DNA of 62,197 nucleotides, filler included, from Jimgerdemannia flammicorona (Eukaryota), in NCBI GenBank assembly GCA_003990765.1. It is 3 parts of 3 records of this genome, joined end to end, with 100 filler letters (N's around TTAATTAATTAA, not from the genome) between each part and the next. Parts side by side here need not be neighbours in the genome. Positions count along the whole stretch, not along the records: positions 1 to 20,667 come from RBNJ01001621.1; positions 20,768 to 41,433 come from RBNJ01001622.1; 1 more part is not named here. One strand, 5' to 3'. Below, in pieces: positions 12,612 through 25,535 of this stretch. The translations under genes and the position numbers were made by a program. The notes beneath the pieces are model-generated. The model was not told the DNA's origin and did not search any database. It saw only the letters and a program-made list of their open reading frames with translations. How positions within the stretch are numbered: the stretch's first letter is position 1; every line of letters starts with the position of its first letter.

Positions 12612-15600
12612 CTTCTTGAGTCAGTTTGGTGGATGATAGTGGAGATGATTGTGCCTGAAAGTTTTCATAGCCAAAAGGTGATTCCTTTTATATCGTGCAT
12701 GAGGTAAGGTCCTTCCCACTTGGGCTCCAGTTTTCATGACTATGAGGCTTCTATCATGTTCCAATATACCAGGACTTTGTCTCCTATCTTGATAATCTCC
12801 AGAGGCTTGTGGGTTTTTTCTACATTCTTCTATTGTAGTGCCTGTGCCTTCATTATGTAATCCTCAGCCTTCTTCCTGATTTGGTGTAGTCTCCATATTT
12901 CTCCATCTACATGTCTCCATATAGCATCTCTATTAGACAATAGGGTTTCTCAAGAACTTTCTTCTCTGAACAGTATCTCCCAAGGAGTAAAGTGAGTACT
13001 TTATGATCTGATATCTTGGAGAGCAGATAATGCTATTGACAGATAGTGATCCCAGTTTTCATAGTTATCACAGATCTTGACGATAACATTCTTGAGGGTC
13101 TTGTTGGTCCTTTCTGCTTGTCTGTTTTCTTGGAGGTGATAGGCTGTGGTCCAAATGTACTGGATCTTATACTTCTTGTAGAGAACCTCAAAGAACTGGT
13201 TCATGAATTCTATTCCTCTATCTATAGTTACTTGTATTGGGATCTTGAACCAGCAGATGATTTCTTTGTGGAAGAAATTGGCAATTGACTATGTATTGGC
13301 TTCCTTGAGAGGTCCTGCTTCTATCCACTTCATAAAAAGGTCTATGATGATAATGATATATCAGTTACCAGTCAGGGTCAAGGGTAGAGGGCCAATTACA
13401 TCTATTGCTATGTGGGCAAATGGTACTGATTCTATATGTGCTGATTCTGGAGCTTTGTTTTATTGGTCTTATTTCTGTTTCTGGCATTTGTTACAGGTTT
13501 TGACAAATTGTCTGATATTGTTCTCCATTCCTGGCCACCATATTGTTCTTCTTACCTTATTGTATATATTCATTCCTCCTAGATGGCTGAGTTCATGTAC
13601 TGATTTCATTGCTTGCTCCTTCTTGTATTCTGGTATAACTAGTAGTTTTTCTTTCTTTAGTATTTGTCTGTCAGTTTTGAATTATTTCTATGTTCTGTTG
13701 ATAATCATTTGTATCCATTCTTCCAGATGTTGGGGCATCTTTCACTGTCCTAGATATGTATGTGATAATTCTGTAGTAAAGTTCCTTATTCATGATTGAT
13801 TTATTGGTTGGCGATGTTTTGGAGTATCCATGAGAGAGTATCTATATTGGAATTTATTCTTCCAGAGCAGTGTATAATGGTTACATTGTAGGCTTGTAGC
13901 TTCATTATCCATCTGGCATAGATTCCTTTGGATTGTTTGGTTGTCAGTAGCCAGGTGAGAGCTGAGTGGTCTATCTGAATGGTGAAATGTCTTCCAGCCA
14001 GATAGTAGTGGAATTTTTCCACAGCCCAGATGACTGCAAGGCATTCTAACTTGTAGGATTCATATTTTTTTTCAGCTCCTTGAGTTCCACAGCTAAGGCA
14101 TGCAATGACATACTCTTTTTTGTCTTCCTTTTGAGCTAGAACTGCTCCTAGTCCCTGTGCACTTGCATCTGTCTGCAGAATGAATTCTTGAGTCCAATTG
14201 GGTCATCTGAGGATAGGTGCCTGAGTTAGTCTGATCTTGAGTTCATTAAATACTTTTTGTTGTCTACCAGTCTACTGGAACTTGGTATCTTTCTTATTGA
14301 GTTCATAGATTAGACCTGCAATGTTGGAGAATCCTCTAATAAATCTGTGATAGTAGGAGGCAAGTCCCATGAAGGCTTGAGCTTCTGTAATAGTAATGGG
14401 CCATGGGTATGCTGCTACCACTTATATCTTGAGGGGGTCTGTATGTGTTCCATCTTGATTGATAATATGGCCAAGATAGGAGATCTCGATTTCTGCAAAC
14501 TTGCACTTCTTGGGTTTGATGTAAAGGCCATATTGTCTTAGTCTCTCCATTATCTGCTGTATATGCTGCAGATGTTCCTCAGGTGTCTTGCTATAGATAA
14601 TTATATCATTGATATAGACCATCATCCATCTTCCTATATCATAGTGGAAGATTTTATTCATCATTCACTGAAAGCTTACTGGTGTATTGCACATCCTGAA
14701 TGGCATTTGTAGGTAGATATAGGTTCTGTCTGGGGTGATGAAGGCTGACTTTTCACTTGCCATCTCTGTGAGTCCAATTTGGTGGAATCCTGAGTATAAG
14801 TCCAAGGTGCTGTAGTACTGTGCTTTGTCTCTCAGTGTTATAAGGATGTCACTGATGAGGGGCAGTAGTTGGCAATCCTTCTTGGTAACTACATTGAGCT
14901 TTCTGTAGTCAATACAGAGTCTTGGGGTGAATTCTCCAGGTTTGCTTCCTTTTTTCGGGGCTAGTACAACTGGTGAAGACCAGGGACTGCGGGCTTCTTT
15001 GATAATACCAGCTTCTTCCATCTGCTTGATTTCTTCTCTAAGCCATTCTCTGTAGGCTGGTGGGACAGGTCTTGCCTTCTGGTAAATTGGTTTGGTGTCT
15101 TCAGTATCTATCTTGTGATAGTAGTGTAGAGTCTTTCCTTTGATATCCTTGAAGTCCATGGCAAGGACATCCTTAAATTCATGGAGTATTTTCTTGAGTT
15201 CCTCCTTGAGTGGAAATTCATTTCTGATGATATAGCTGTGCTTGTTTGTGCTTTCCTCCTTCTTATGCTTTAGTTCAGTGATCTTAGTACTGATGAATAC
15301 TCCTCTTTCTATGAATCCAAATCCTTTCTTTCCTCTTTTCATTTTCTCCAGATTCTTGACTTCTATGATCCTTGGTTGTAGGATTGGAAAGATCAGCATC
15401 TGTGCCAATCAGTCCTTCTTTTTGACTGGGAATGGGATTGTAGAATTGTGATTTCTAGTAATGAGCAGGATTTCTCCAGTATAGTCAGAATCAATGACTC
15501 CTCCTTCAATCATAATTTTGCTTCTGGCCAGGCTGCTTCTTATCTTGAGGATCCTAATATGTTCTTTTGGAATAGTCATTTCCAGTCCAGTTGTGAGTAG

Positions 15601-17772
15601 GGTGGTTGTCTGGGGTTCCAGTATGACTTCTTCTACTGTGGCAATGTCTATTCCAGCTGTATTTTCTGACTTATATTCTGGCAGAACTGCATCAGGGTGG
15701 GTTCTTTGAATCTTGACATTGATTTCTTCATCATCACTATCCTCCAGGAGGGCTGGTGGTTCATCATCTTCCTCCTCCTTTTCTTCTCTGACCTGTTTTT
15801 TGAGAGCCTTCTGTCATCTTTTCTGGTAAATCTTTCTGATTCTGATGGTGCATTGATAGCAATTATTGATATGCTCCATACAGTACATCTTGATTCTGTG
15901 AGGACAGACTCCTTGTGGTACATAGCCTTCTGCAATCTTCTTGCACCATTCTTCTTCACTCATCCATCCTACTTTTCTCTTCGGAATAGTTATCATATAA
16001 GCTTCCTCCTGCTCACTCTCTTCTTCCTCTATGTCAGGCAAGACTCCTTTGTTGACATTGATGGGAATTCGTATCCTCTGTCCCCAGTAGGTGAATTGCA
16101 TCTTCTGGGCATTGAGATCAATTACTGCTCTGGCTTTGTGAAGCTATTGATTGCCGATGAGGATGTCATAGTTGGTAGCATTGGTTACAATTATGTCTAC
16201 TGGGATGGTTACTCCTCTGATCTTAATGGGGACATCTCAGATCTTTCCCAGAGGGGTGGCTCTTGTATCATCTGCTGTGACAAATACTAACTTGGTTACT
16301 TCTTCAATCTCTCAACCTAGGCAGTCTGCTGCCTTCTTGCTGAGAAGACATCCTCCTGCTCCAGTATTGATGATGGCTTCAAAGACTCTATCTTTGATTT
16401 GGCATATTACATAGGCAGAGGTTTTGAGATTGTCTTCACTTTCTTCTCCTGAGTCCTCTTGAATGTTATTGGCCTTGGTTATCTTCCATCCTTACTCCTT
16501 GGTTGTTTCAGTAAGTCTGAAACTCATTTGTTATCTAAATGTTGGGATTTCTGCGAGCTGACCAAAGGTTGCATTGACCTTTTATTGGCTAAGGTCCTTG
16601 AAGATATTGTACTTAAAAGTCTTGGTCTTGCGAAGTTTCTTTTCTTTTTCTCCTTTGCTGGCTGGGGTAGTTCCTTAGATAATATCTTAAACTGCTTGCT
16701 CCAGCTCCATATCTTGGTCCATCTCTTCAGCTTGGCTTTTGGTGGCCATTTCCATCTACTTTTCTACTGGGTTCTTCTTGGGTCTTCCTGGTGGTCACTT
16801 GTAGGGTTCCTTGTGAACATCCTTCTTAGTAGTCTGAGCAGGATAGGCCTCTCATTCTTCTTCATCAGAGTCTCCAATTTCCTTGAAGGTAATTGTATTG
16901 GCCTGCTCCTTGTTTCATGTAGCATTGCTTGGTTGAGCCTTATGCTTAGTTTTGCTCATACATTCATAGGAGTAGTGGCCTTCTTCTCTACAAGTATAGC
17001 AGGTGCCTTTCTTCTTGTCTGAGGTGGCAGCAAACTTCTGGACAGAGCAGCAGTCTCTTCCTCTGATCTTCTTTACTACATCTCCCAAGTGGGCAGTCAT
17101 TTCTACGAACCTCTTAGTAAGTTCTTTCAAAGGGTCACTGTTCTTTTGCTGCTCTGTAGCTTTGAGCTAAAGTGTGTTTTGATTGAACATTATGGTGGGG
17201 ATCATACTGGTTGACTTAGGTGCCTTGATTCTGACTTCTGTAACTCTCTCCATTGTATGGTCTTATGAGTATCTGACTATCCAGTATTGCTGAGCATAGG
17301 TGACCTTCTGTGGTAGATCCAGAATCACTGGTGATAAGCAGATGGTCATAGCTATTTCTGGGTGGACTCCTTTCATGAAGGTTGCTTCAGCTACTTGATC
17401 TCAGATAGCAGCAGCATAATCTGCAAGAATTATCTCATATCAAATTCTGGTATAGAATGTGTTTGGATCCTCACTCATTCCTTGGCATGTTGTGTTGAAC
17501 TAATCCTTTAGGGCTTGCTTGATCTCATCTGTATAGTATGTATTTCAGAGCCAGGTCTTCTGTGCTGTCAGTATAGCATCAGCATCATTTACTGCATGGG
17601 TTGTGGCTGTGAATGCTGCTCTGGCAGGACCTCATAGGCTGAAGGGCATGAGGGCTACTTGCTGTACTGCTGTCAGGGTCCTTACAGTGGCATATTGCTC
17701 GAAATCATCAATGAAGGTGATGATTGATTCATCTGAAATATATCCATGGAATACTGGTGGTCTCATATCCAT
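12612..17772 (-). pseudogene. gag-pol of gypsy element 2, with dUTPase at ~15320-15700
   Basis: ORF-track fragments 14665-15408, 14422-14664, 13801-14022 and 13001-13204 carry dUTPase C-terminus/RT, RT, RNase H and integrase motifs. Confidence 0.9.
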
Positions 17773-18050
17773 CTTATCTGGATATTGGCATGGTTGTTCA
17801 GGTAGAGACAGTTGTTTATTGTTCAGCTTGAAAGTGAGGAATTTATCTTGAATTACCAGCAAATGGGCACCAAGTTGTAATGTAGCAGATGCTTACTCTT
17901 GAAAGTATGTCAGATTTCTATATCTTGAAAACTTAACTGTTCTGACTCTCACAGAGTCTCTTGAGTTACAGGGGAGGGTAGGTGAGTTCAAAGTGTATCT
18001 GCGTATAAGCTTACTAGTTCCTTTGCTATCTCTTTGCTTTGAACTATTTC

Positions 18051-19352
18051 TGTTGTGGAATACTTGGAATGGAGGGAGCAAAAAAAAACAAACTGTTTAT
18101 TGCTAATTCTTACATGCTTTTACACATCACAATTAGTGACGTTTACATGATGACATAGTCAAGGAAGGCTGCGCCACCATATATCAAGTTGTAATCTACA
18201 TATTTCAATACTCTCGCTCAATGAGATACATATGCAAATTCCCAAACTGCAATACTAAGCTATAACCACTGCAAATCTTGCTGCAATGTTCAGACCGCTA
18301 TCTAGAAACCGAAAAACACTCGAATTGCCTGCTTAAAGCTTGATAAATAGGTTGAGAAGTAGAAATGTGAATATTTGTAGATGAGCAATGTTGGTAGAAA
18401 TCACCAATACAGGAAAAAATGTTAAAGAAGCTTGCTGTCACTCTATTATCCTATCTCATCCCGAATTGTCCTTAATTACCAGCATAGAGTCCCGTAATAC
18501 CCATTCCTTGCACGCATAAGTCAAACTTTGCCTTTGGAAGGGCTTTAGTCAATGAATCCACTGTCATATATTCTGTTAGGGTGTATTCAAGGTATATAGT
18601 GCCATTTTCCACGTATTCACATATGAAATGATGCTGTATGTCAATGTGTTTCATTCTGGCGTGATGTATAGGGTTCTTCGCCAAAGCAATCATTGATTGG
18701 TTATCTTGCTAGAGTAGCGTAGAGTGCCGTTGCTTATATCCCAGCTCCTTTAACAGTTCTCAAAGCCAGATAGCCTCCTTTGTTGCCATTGACAATGCTT
18801 GATATTCCACTTATGTAGAGGATGTTGCCACTAAAGGTTGCTTATACGTTTGCCACGAAATGGCTCTGTTGTTTACTTTAAAGATGTATCCAGTCATAGA
18901 CCTTCTGTCATCTAAGTTGCTGGCCCAATTAGCGTCACAAGAACTGAGTAGGCATATAGTACTCCCACTTTGCCCATTATCACCACCCAAACTGAGCATA
19001 TAGTCCACAGTTCCTTTGATATACCTGAAAATTCGCTTGATTGCCATCCAATGCGAATTATCATAGCATGACAAGTATTGTGCCACTTTTTTGACTGCAA
19101 ATGATATGTCAGGTCTCATCCCGAGCATAAGATACATGAGGGATCCCACAGCTTGTCGATCGGGGATGTTGTTATTTTCGAGCATAGTTCCAGACTTCTT
19201 TAACCTCACAGACATCTCCATCAGTGTTCTGACTGGCTTGCACTTGCTCATGCCAAATCGCTCAAGTATTGTTTGAATGTAGACTTCTTAGCTTAGGTAT
19301 ATAGTATGCGCACTTCTGTCACGTATAATAGATATCCCTAAAAGGAGGATGG
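18051..19352 (-). mobile_element. 3' part of a Ty1/copia element (RT end, RNase H, PPT, 160-bp 3' LTR at 18051-18210)
   Basis: Motifs QAVGSLMYLMLGMRPDI, DANWASNLDDRRSMTGY, ATSST and KHIDIQHHF. LTR T(A)TTG...CAACA preceded by a purine tract at 18220-18211. Confidence 0.92.
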
Positions 19353-20667
19353 CATCTTTCTCCGGTAACATTCAGGTTACACAACCCTTTGGCAACACTT
19401 TCGACACAGTTTCTGAAGAAAAGCTACTAGTTTCATAGAGACCAACGAGCATCCGGAGGTGCATACTGGGCAGGGTGGCCCTGGAGCATTTGGATGGCAG
19501 TATGTGGGGAGAGGTCCTGGCTTGGGGGGAAGCATGAGGGGCCTGCTGGCAGGAGGACGTGGTGGAGGAGGAGATAGGGCTGGAGGGCAAGGGTTGGCTG
19601 GCGACAATGGGGGAAGGTCTGGGCTCCTGAGCTTCGTGGACAAGGTCAAGGGGAGTGGGTGGCCGACTAGGAGTAGGGCTGGTTCTGCTGAGGGAAAGGG
19701 CAAGGTGAGCCTAGGGAGGGGGGGTAGTGCTCTGGCTGGGGGTGCAGGAGTAGGGGTTGGAGGAGCGGTGGCTGGGGGTGTGACTGCTGATGGGGGCATG
19801 ATAGGGAATCAGCAAAAAAAAAGAGATGTGATGGCTGATGGCCAGGGGGCGCAGGGGGTCCCGATGAGGAAGGGGGACCTGGCCGATGGTGTTATAGGGC
19901 TGGCGGTGGCACCATTACTCAAGAAGTCGATCTCGGAGTTTGCAGTAACTCTGTGCTTCTGAGGCTTAGGGGTGACAGCGAGGATGGTCTTGGGGCTTAT
20001 CTCAAAGCAGGTGGCTGGGGCAGCTTCAGTGAAATTTCTGAGGGGTCTGGAGGGAGTTGAGGTGGACTTTGAGGAGGCGGGCCTACTGGAAGAGGCACTG
20101 AGGGCAGGAGTGGCAGTTGGCGAGATGGTGGTCCCCATGGTACGCTGTTTGAGGTGGGACCCCAGGGTGGTGCAGCTGCTAGTGAAGGGGGTGCCCACAG
20201 TGACAAAGGAGGAGACGAGAAGGAGGATAGAGGAGGTGATGGCAGAGTATGGAGATGTGGTGGATATTGGCTTCCAGGTGTGGGAGGAGATGATGATCAG
20301 GACTGGCGATGTTGATGTCAGGATTCGTCTAGCAGGGAGGGAGGCCACAGGGAAGGCTGGTGACTGGCCCTCAGTGTTGATGTGGGGGGCCTTCATTTGT
20401 AAGGTATCGAGAGTGAAGGGGAGCGAGGAGGAGGAGGAGGATTTGTTGGAGGCATTAGAGGAGATGAGTGGTGCAGTGGAGTGGCGGGCGAAGGCCTGGA
20501 AGCTTTATGAGGAGTCGATGCACTTGGAGATTGTGGAGGGGAAGCATATCCACACTGACAAGAGGCAGTGGGAGAGGGCTCAGGGGCGCTTGAGACAGAG
20601 GGAGCTCTTGGCGAGTATGACTGGAGGGGAGAAGAGGAAGGTTGGTGGGGCTGATGGGTCTGGAGGT
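19353..20667 (+). mobile_element. 5' end and ORF1 of an L1/Tx1-like LINE inserted into copia RT; truncated by contig end
   Basis: Starts CATCTTTCTCCGGTAACATTCAGG, like the copies at ~34079, 48279 and 60069. Its Gly-rich ORF1 is homologous to the ORF1 that precedes APE-RT in contig 3. Confidence 0.85.
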
Positions 20668-20767
20668 NNNNNNNNNNNNNNNNNNNNNNNNNNNNNNNNN
20701 NNNNNNNNNNNTTAATTAATTAANNNNNNNNNNNNNNNNNNNNNNNNNNNNNNNNNNNNNNNNNNNN
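20668..20767. other. Artificial contig spacer (N44-TTAATTAATTAA-N44)
   Basis: 100-bp N block with a six-frame-stop linker; flanking contigs have near-identical, descending lengths. Confidence 0.97.
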
Positions 20768-21095
20768 TTTTACATACTGGTATAGCGCCGAAGAAACCGA
20801 GCGAATGATATTGGAAAAGAGGGGGGGGGGGAGGTGCAAGAAATGGATCATGAACAAGGTTCATTGGCCGAAGAAAAAACATCCATCAAAGAAACCTTAT
20901 ACCCACTGAAAATACGGCTCGCTTCCATCCAACAACGCCCTTAAATCGATGAATCCCCGCCGCTGCACACCGCATTTACACCTTGACGCAAGTAACGAGT
21001 CTCTACATTTCACTGCCCATCCTCATATCAAGAAAACATCCACCTAAACCACAATGTCTTGAATTTCCTTGTAGCGGTTGTTCCAAGTCCTACGC

Positions 21096-21868
21096 TTATA
21101 CAACCCCGCCATTGCCCGCCTGCTGCTTCTGCATCGCGTTGACAATGACCTGCGTAATCTCCTTCAGGGCGTTTCCGAGATCGAGTAGTGCGCCTTATTG
21201 TGATTAGGCAATGGATTGGAAAGGGTGTCGCAGGTATGAGTGGGAGGTTAGCGGGTATAAATATATGCAAGTTGATTGGAAGGAAGGAGACAGTGAAGGC
21301 GCCGTAGTTAGAAACTAGAAGGAATGACGATGCGAGGCGTACCAGTGTTAGCGTGCGCATTCGCGACCATGGTGATGATGAGCGGGGATTGGTCCAGCTG
21401 GACGACCTGGTGCAATCCGAAGATACTGACAATGCTCTTGTTCTTCTTCAAGCCGAGCTTGGATGCCTATATGCAGGGAATATCGTGATTGAGGGAGTGG
21501 AGAGGGTGAGCATGATGACTGCTTTCCAAGGTCTTGGATGACCCCGAGGTATTAGAGTGCAGATGCAGATGCATGAACCAGTATTGGTAGGGTCACTACC
21601 TGCGCGTTTGCTACGGCAAAGGTGGTGGGAAGAACCTGTTCCAGGATGCTTGGCGACGCGGTCGACGATAAGCCTATTTTGTGGAAAAAACGAATGTATG
21701 ATGAGAGGAGGGTATAACGGTTTCAAGTTGAATCGGGCCAGGATGGAGACGGTTACATTTCACTAGGGTAACGCCATCACGATCTGAGATGGCAACGGCC
21801 TTGAGACCCTGGTCGTAGTAGGGGAAGGAGAGGGTTTCCACGGCGTCCTGTACAGACATGCTACTCAT
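21096..21868 (-). CDS. LAMTOR3: Ragulator subunit LAMTOR3/MP1 homolog; 4 exons (21868-21757, 21673-21600, 21466-21343, 21193-21096)
   Basis: The spliced product ...GLKAVAISDRDGVTLVK...TTFAVANAQASKLGLKKNKSIVSIFGLHQVVQLDQSPLIITMVANAHANTGALLDL... matches LAMTOR3 signatures (SDRDGV, SKLGLxKNKSI, ANTG). GT-AG introns keep the frame. Confidence 0.92.
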
Positions 21869-22220
21869 TCAGTTTAAAACGCGTATCGGAGTTGATGCTA
21901 GATCGTGTGCGGTGGTGAGATTTAACTTTCTTTATGCGCCGTGACGTAGATCATGATCGATGGCGCAACATCTGTCATAGGGCCATTGCCCAGAGTTGCT
22001 GGCAACTCTAACACTAGCATAGTTTTAATAGCATCGCTACCCAGTGTCCCATAACTCTGGGTCGATATTGATGGCCATCAGAACTGTTTGGGTGCATATC
22101 TGTATAGTGTAAAGGGTAAACTTGGAATCTTTTGGTAATTATGCTAATTATGCATGAATTTAGTTTGTGACTGCCATTCATGCTGACATCACGAAAAGAA
22201 AAAATAAATAATTTCTTCAC

Positions 22221-22249
22221 GAGGCGGCCATTTTAAAAATGGCCGCCTC
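22221..22249. promoter_or_regulatory. Perfect 14-bp-arm palindrome 20 nt upstream of the ENP2 start codon
   Basis: GAGGCGGCCATTTT-A-AAAATGGCCGCCTC; function unknown. Confidence 0.45.
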
Positions 22250-22269
22250 AAATATCACCACCGCCCATC

Positions 22270-23688
22270 ATGGTTCTTCAAGTCTCGAATCCGAACAATG
22301 TGAAAATATACACCGTCTCCGGCGGAATTGGCTCTCGCTCAATACCAGATTGGCTGGCCCGGCGGAAGAGGAGGGCATTAAAGAATGACATTGGTCAGTC
22401 CTCATTTTGGCTTTTCTGGATTTATCCCGAGGCCGAGTTCCGGAGAGAGCCGATATGCTAATGCCGTTGACTGTAAACCATTATAGATTGGCGCTCTCGT
22501 GTCGAGTTAATTCAAGATTTCGAATTCCCGGAGGCGTCGAACAGGATTAAGACGACACGGGACGGGAAGTTTGTGGTGGCGACAGGTGAGAATTGTTGTT
22601 CAATATGTCCCTGCGACATTTTTCGTGATATGCCCTCTTTTTATGACAATGGTCTGAACCCTTTTTTAAACCTGTTGATTTCGGTTCTTCCAGGAGTTTA
22701 TAAACCACAGATGCGCGTATACGAGTACGCGGAGATGTCGATGAAGTTTGATCGGCATACGGACGCGGAGAACGTCAATTTTGAGGTGTGCTTCAATGTC
22801 GTCGTCTCAATTAAGATTTTTTATTTTTAGTTTTTATTCCAATACTTTGCTATTTCAAAATCTCTATCAGATTTTATCGGACGACTGGACAAAACAAGTA
22901 CTATTACAAAATGATAGATCGATAGAGTTCCATGCACAGGGCGGCATTCATTACAGAACTCGCATTCCAAAGGTGATTTTCCTTAATATATCAACCGCAT
23001 GTCGTTTGGGATTATCTCCCCAACTTTTATAAGTCGCGCTTATATTGACCTACTCACCGCGCCATGTATTACCTACCAAAGTTCGGCCGCGACCTCAGTT
23101 ACCACTTCTCGACATGCGACCTTCTTGTCGTTGGAGCAGGGCCTGAAGTATACCGCCTCAACCTGGATCAAGGTCGGTTCCTGAACCCGCTTATCACGGA
23201 TTCCGCCTCGGGTATCAACGTCTCGGAGATCAACCCGGCGCACCAGCTTTTCGGCTTCGGTACCGTGCAGGGGACCGTCGAGTTCTGGGATCCGCGGTCG
23301 AGGGCGCGCGTAGGCGTTCTGGTGCCCCAGGTCAACACGTTCGGGGGAGCGAGCACCGCGGAGATGGAGGTCACTGCCCTCAAGTACAGGACCGACGGGT
23401 TAAGCTTGGCAGTGGGGACGTCGACTGGGCACACGCTACTATACGATCTGAGGAGTTCGAGGCCGTGGCTGGTGAAGGATCATCAGTATGGGTTTGAAAT
23501 TAGGAGCTTGAATTGGCATGATGGCGGCGGGCAGGGTGTGGACGAGGGCGGGAAGGTCATAGTGGCGGATAAGAAAATCATCAAGATTTGGGATCGGAAT
23601 AACGTAAGTGTAGAACGGGCATCGGTTCCGTTGGCATCTGTGTAATGATGTGACTCCGAAATTTTGCCATTCTTTTCTAATTCATCAC

Positions 23689-23724
<36 letters not shown>

Positions 23725-25392
23725 CATGTATCATTACCATTGCAGGGCGAACATTTCACCTCGATTGAACCCGCCACGGACATCAATGACGTCTGCCTGG
23801 TGGAGTCCTCGGGTGTCCTGTTTGTCGCCAACGAGGGCATCCAGATTGGCTCTTACTACATCCCGCAGCTGGGACCCGCCCCCCAATGGTGCACGTTCCT
23901 CGACAACCTGACCGAGGAGATGGAGGAGAATCCGCAGCAGAACGTATATGATGACTACAAATTTGTGACGCGTAAGGAACTGGCGGCATTGGGGCTAGAG
24001 CACCTCATCGGGAGCAATGTTCTCAAAGCGTACATGCATGGCTTCTTTGTCGATTTGCGGTTGTACGAGAAAGTGCGTGTTCATTATATTTTTATTTTTT
24101 CGGTTAAAATATTTTATTTGGTGGGATCTCGCATCCGGCTTTTGTGTTGTATGTTTATCGGCACCAATATTCTATTTATACATTTCATATTATGTGCAGG
24201 CCAAGCTCATCGCGAATCCCTTCGCGTACGACGAGTATCGCGAGCGGGTCATCCGAGACAAGATAGAGAAGGAGCGCGGTTCTCGCATCAGGGCTACGAA
24301 CAAGTTGCCCAAGGTCAACAAGGCCTTAGCGAGGCAGTTACTGGAAGAGGAAGAAAAGAAGAGGCGGAAGGGCAAGTTGGAGGAGGTGAGTAGGAATCGG
24401 AGGTGTGGTTGGGAATTTAGGTTTTTGTTTCTCGTAAAAGTGTAGCGTGGGATAGCCATGCGCGAACGGTGGAAAATATGGATGGCGGATGGGATGGATT
24501 GTAGGAACGCTCAATTGGAAAATTAACCGATTTTGCATCGCAAAAATTGTCATACGTCCACTATATCACAGGGCGCCGCCAACCCGCTCAACGATTCCCG
24601 TTTCAGCGGCATGTTCATGGACAAGGACTTCGAGGTGGATGAGGAAACGGTTGAGTTCAAGCTGTTGCATCCGACCGCGGTAAGATCCTCCTTCTCGCAT
24701 TTCCATCTAATTTCAATTTCATCTGATCTTAGAAAATCCCCTCTGCCTGCAGAAGAAACGTGCAATCGCGTTCGACGAGGAAGCTGACGAGGATGAAGAA
24801 GGTGAGGACGAGCAGACCGTCTCAGGCTCTGACTCGGACCGCCTCACAGACAGCGACAGCGACGACGACCTGGTCGCCAAGATCCGCAAATCGCGCGGGG
24901 ACAAGGGCAAGAAGAAGGCGAAGGCACCGCAGGGGATTAGATCGGCGCCGGACGAGCGGTGGAAGATGAAGGAGAAGACCAAGGGATATAATAAGGAGGA
25001 GGAGAACACTAAGAAGGGGCCGAAAATGGTGGAGATGAAGGTGTGTTGGAGTTTTTGTCCTGATATTACCTTGTGCGGGATACTCAAATTTCAATTGACG
25101 CTTATTATCGTAACGTCATTACCTCCAGGTCGGTGGCTCCACGACGCCGCGTACCTCGTCCAAGACCGCGCGAAAATCGTTCGGCGAGCGTGCCTCGACC
25201 GAACTCGCTGGCTCCTCAGCGCAGGGCCTGCGCGTTTCACGGACAGCCATGGGTGGGATGGAGCTATCGTTCCAGGTGCAGCGGAAAAGGAAAGGTTGGG
25301 AGAAGGCGAAGGAGGAGAGTGGTAGTGGCGGTGGCGGCCCGATGAGGAAGGAGAGGAGGAGCGCGAGTAAGAATGTGTTTAGGAGGATGTAG
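22270..25392 (+). CDS. ENP2: Ribosome biogenesis WD40 protein Enp2/NOL10 (multi-exon)
   Basis: Motifs ELIQDFEFPEAS, GVYKPQMRVYE, LSDDWTK, RLNLDQGRFL, PQLGPAPQWCTFLDNLTEEMEE, YMHGFF, NUC153-like DSRFSGMFMDKDFEVDE and C-terminal RRSASKNVFRRM*. Confidence 0.95.
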
Positions 25393-25535
25393 GGATTGGA
25401 TGTAAGGAGAACGTGTAGAGAATAGAACATTCACCTGATTCAAATTACGCGATCGTGACTGCCCACTAATCACGTGCCAAATTCGTCAACATATAATTGC
25501 TGAGCCACTGTTCTTTCTTTACCGCAAAACCTACC

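Larger units (their letters stand above)
11646..18050 (-). mobile_element. Degenerate Ty3/gypsy element 2 (gag-CCHC, PR, dUTPase, RT, RH, IN, extra ORF); 5' LTR cut at 18050 by a copia insertion
   Basis: 3' LTR 11646-12104 preceded by PPT AGGAGGAAGA. 5' LTR remnant 17876-18050 matches 11646-11820. PBS TGGTGCCCAT at 17872-17863. Motifs CYTCREEGHYSYEC, INTGAG, GGVIDSDYTGEI, PRLCIDYRKLN and YINDII. Confidence 0.93.

Noticed and set aside
13203..17022. Plus-strand hydrophobic ORFs of 187-198 aa
   Set aside because: Antisense shadows of the minus-strand gypsy gag-pol.
19812..19822. A-run in LINE ORF1 as a programmed frameshift site
   Set aside because: The least eroded copy reads through in frame, and run length varies among copies, which fits replication slippage.
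20668..20767. TTAATTAATTAA palindrome within N runs (also 41434-41533)
   Set aside because: Artificial six-frame-stop linker joining length-sorted contigs; not biological, and it removes any linkage between the three segments.
25393..25535. 143-bp gap between ENP2 and GPN3 as an operon-like arrangement
   Set aside because: Compact tandem spacing is common in fungal gene islands, and nothing indicates co-transcription.
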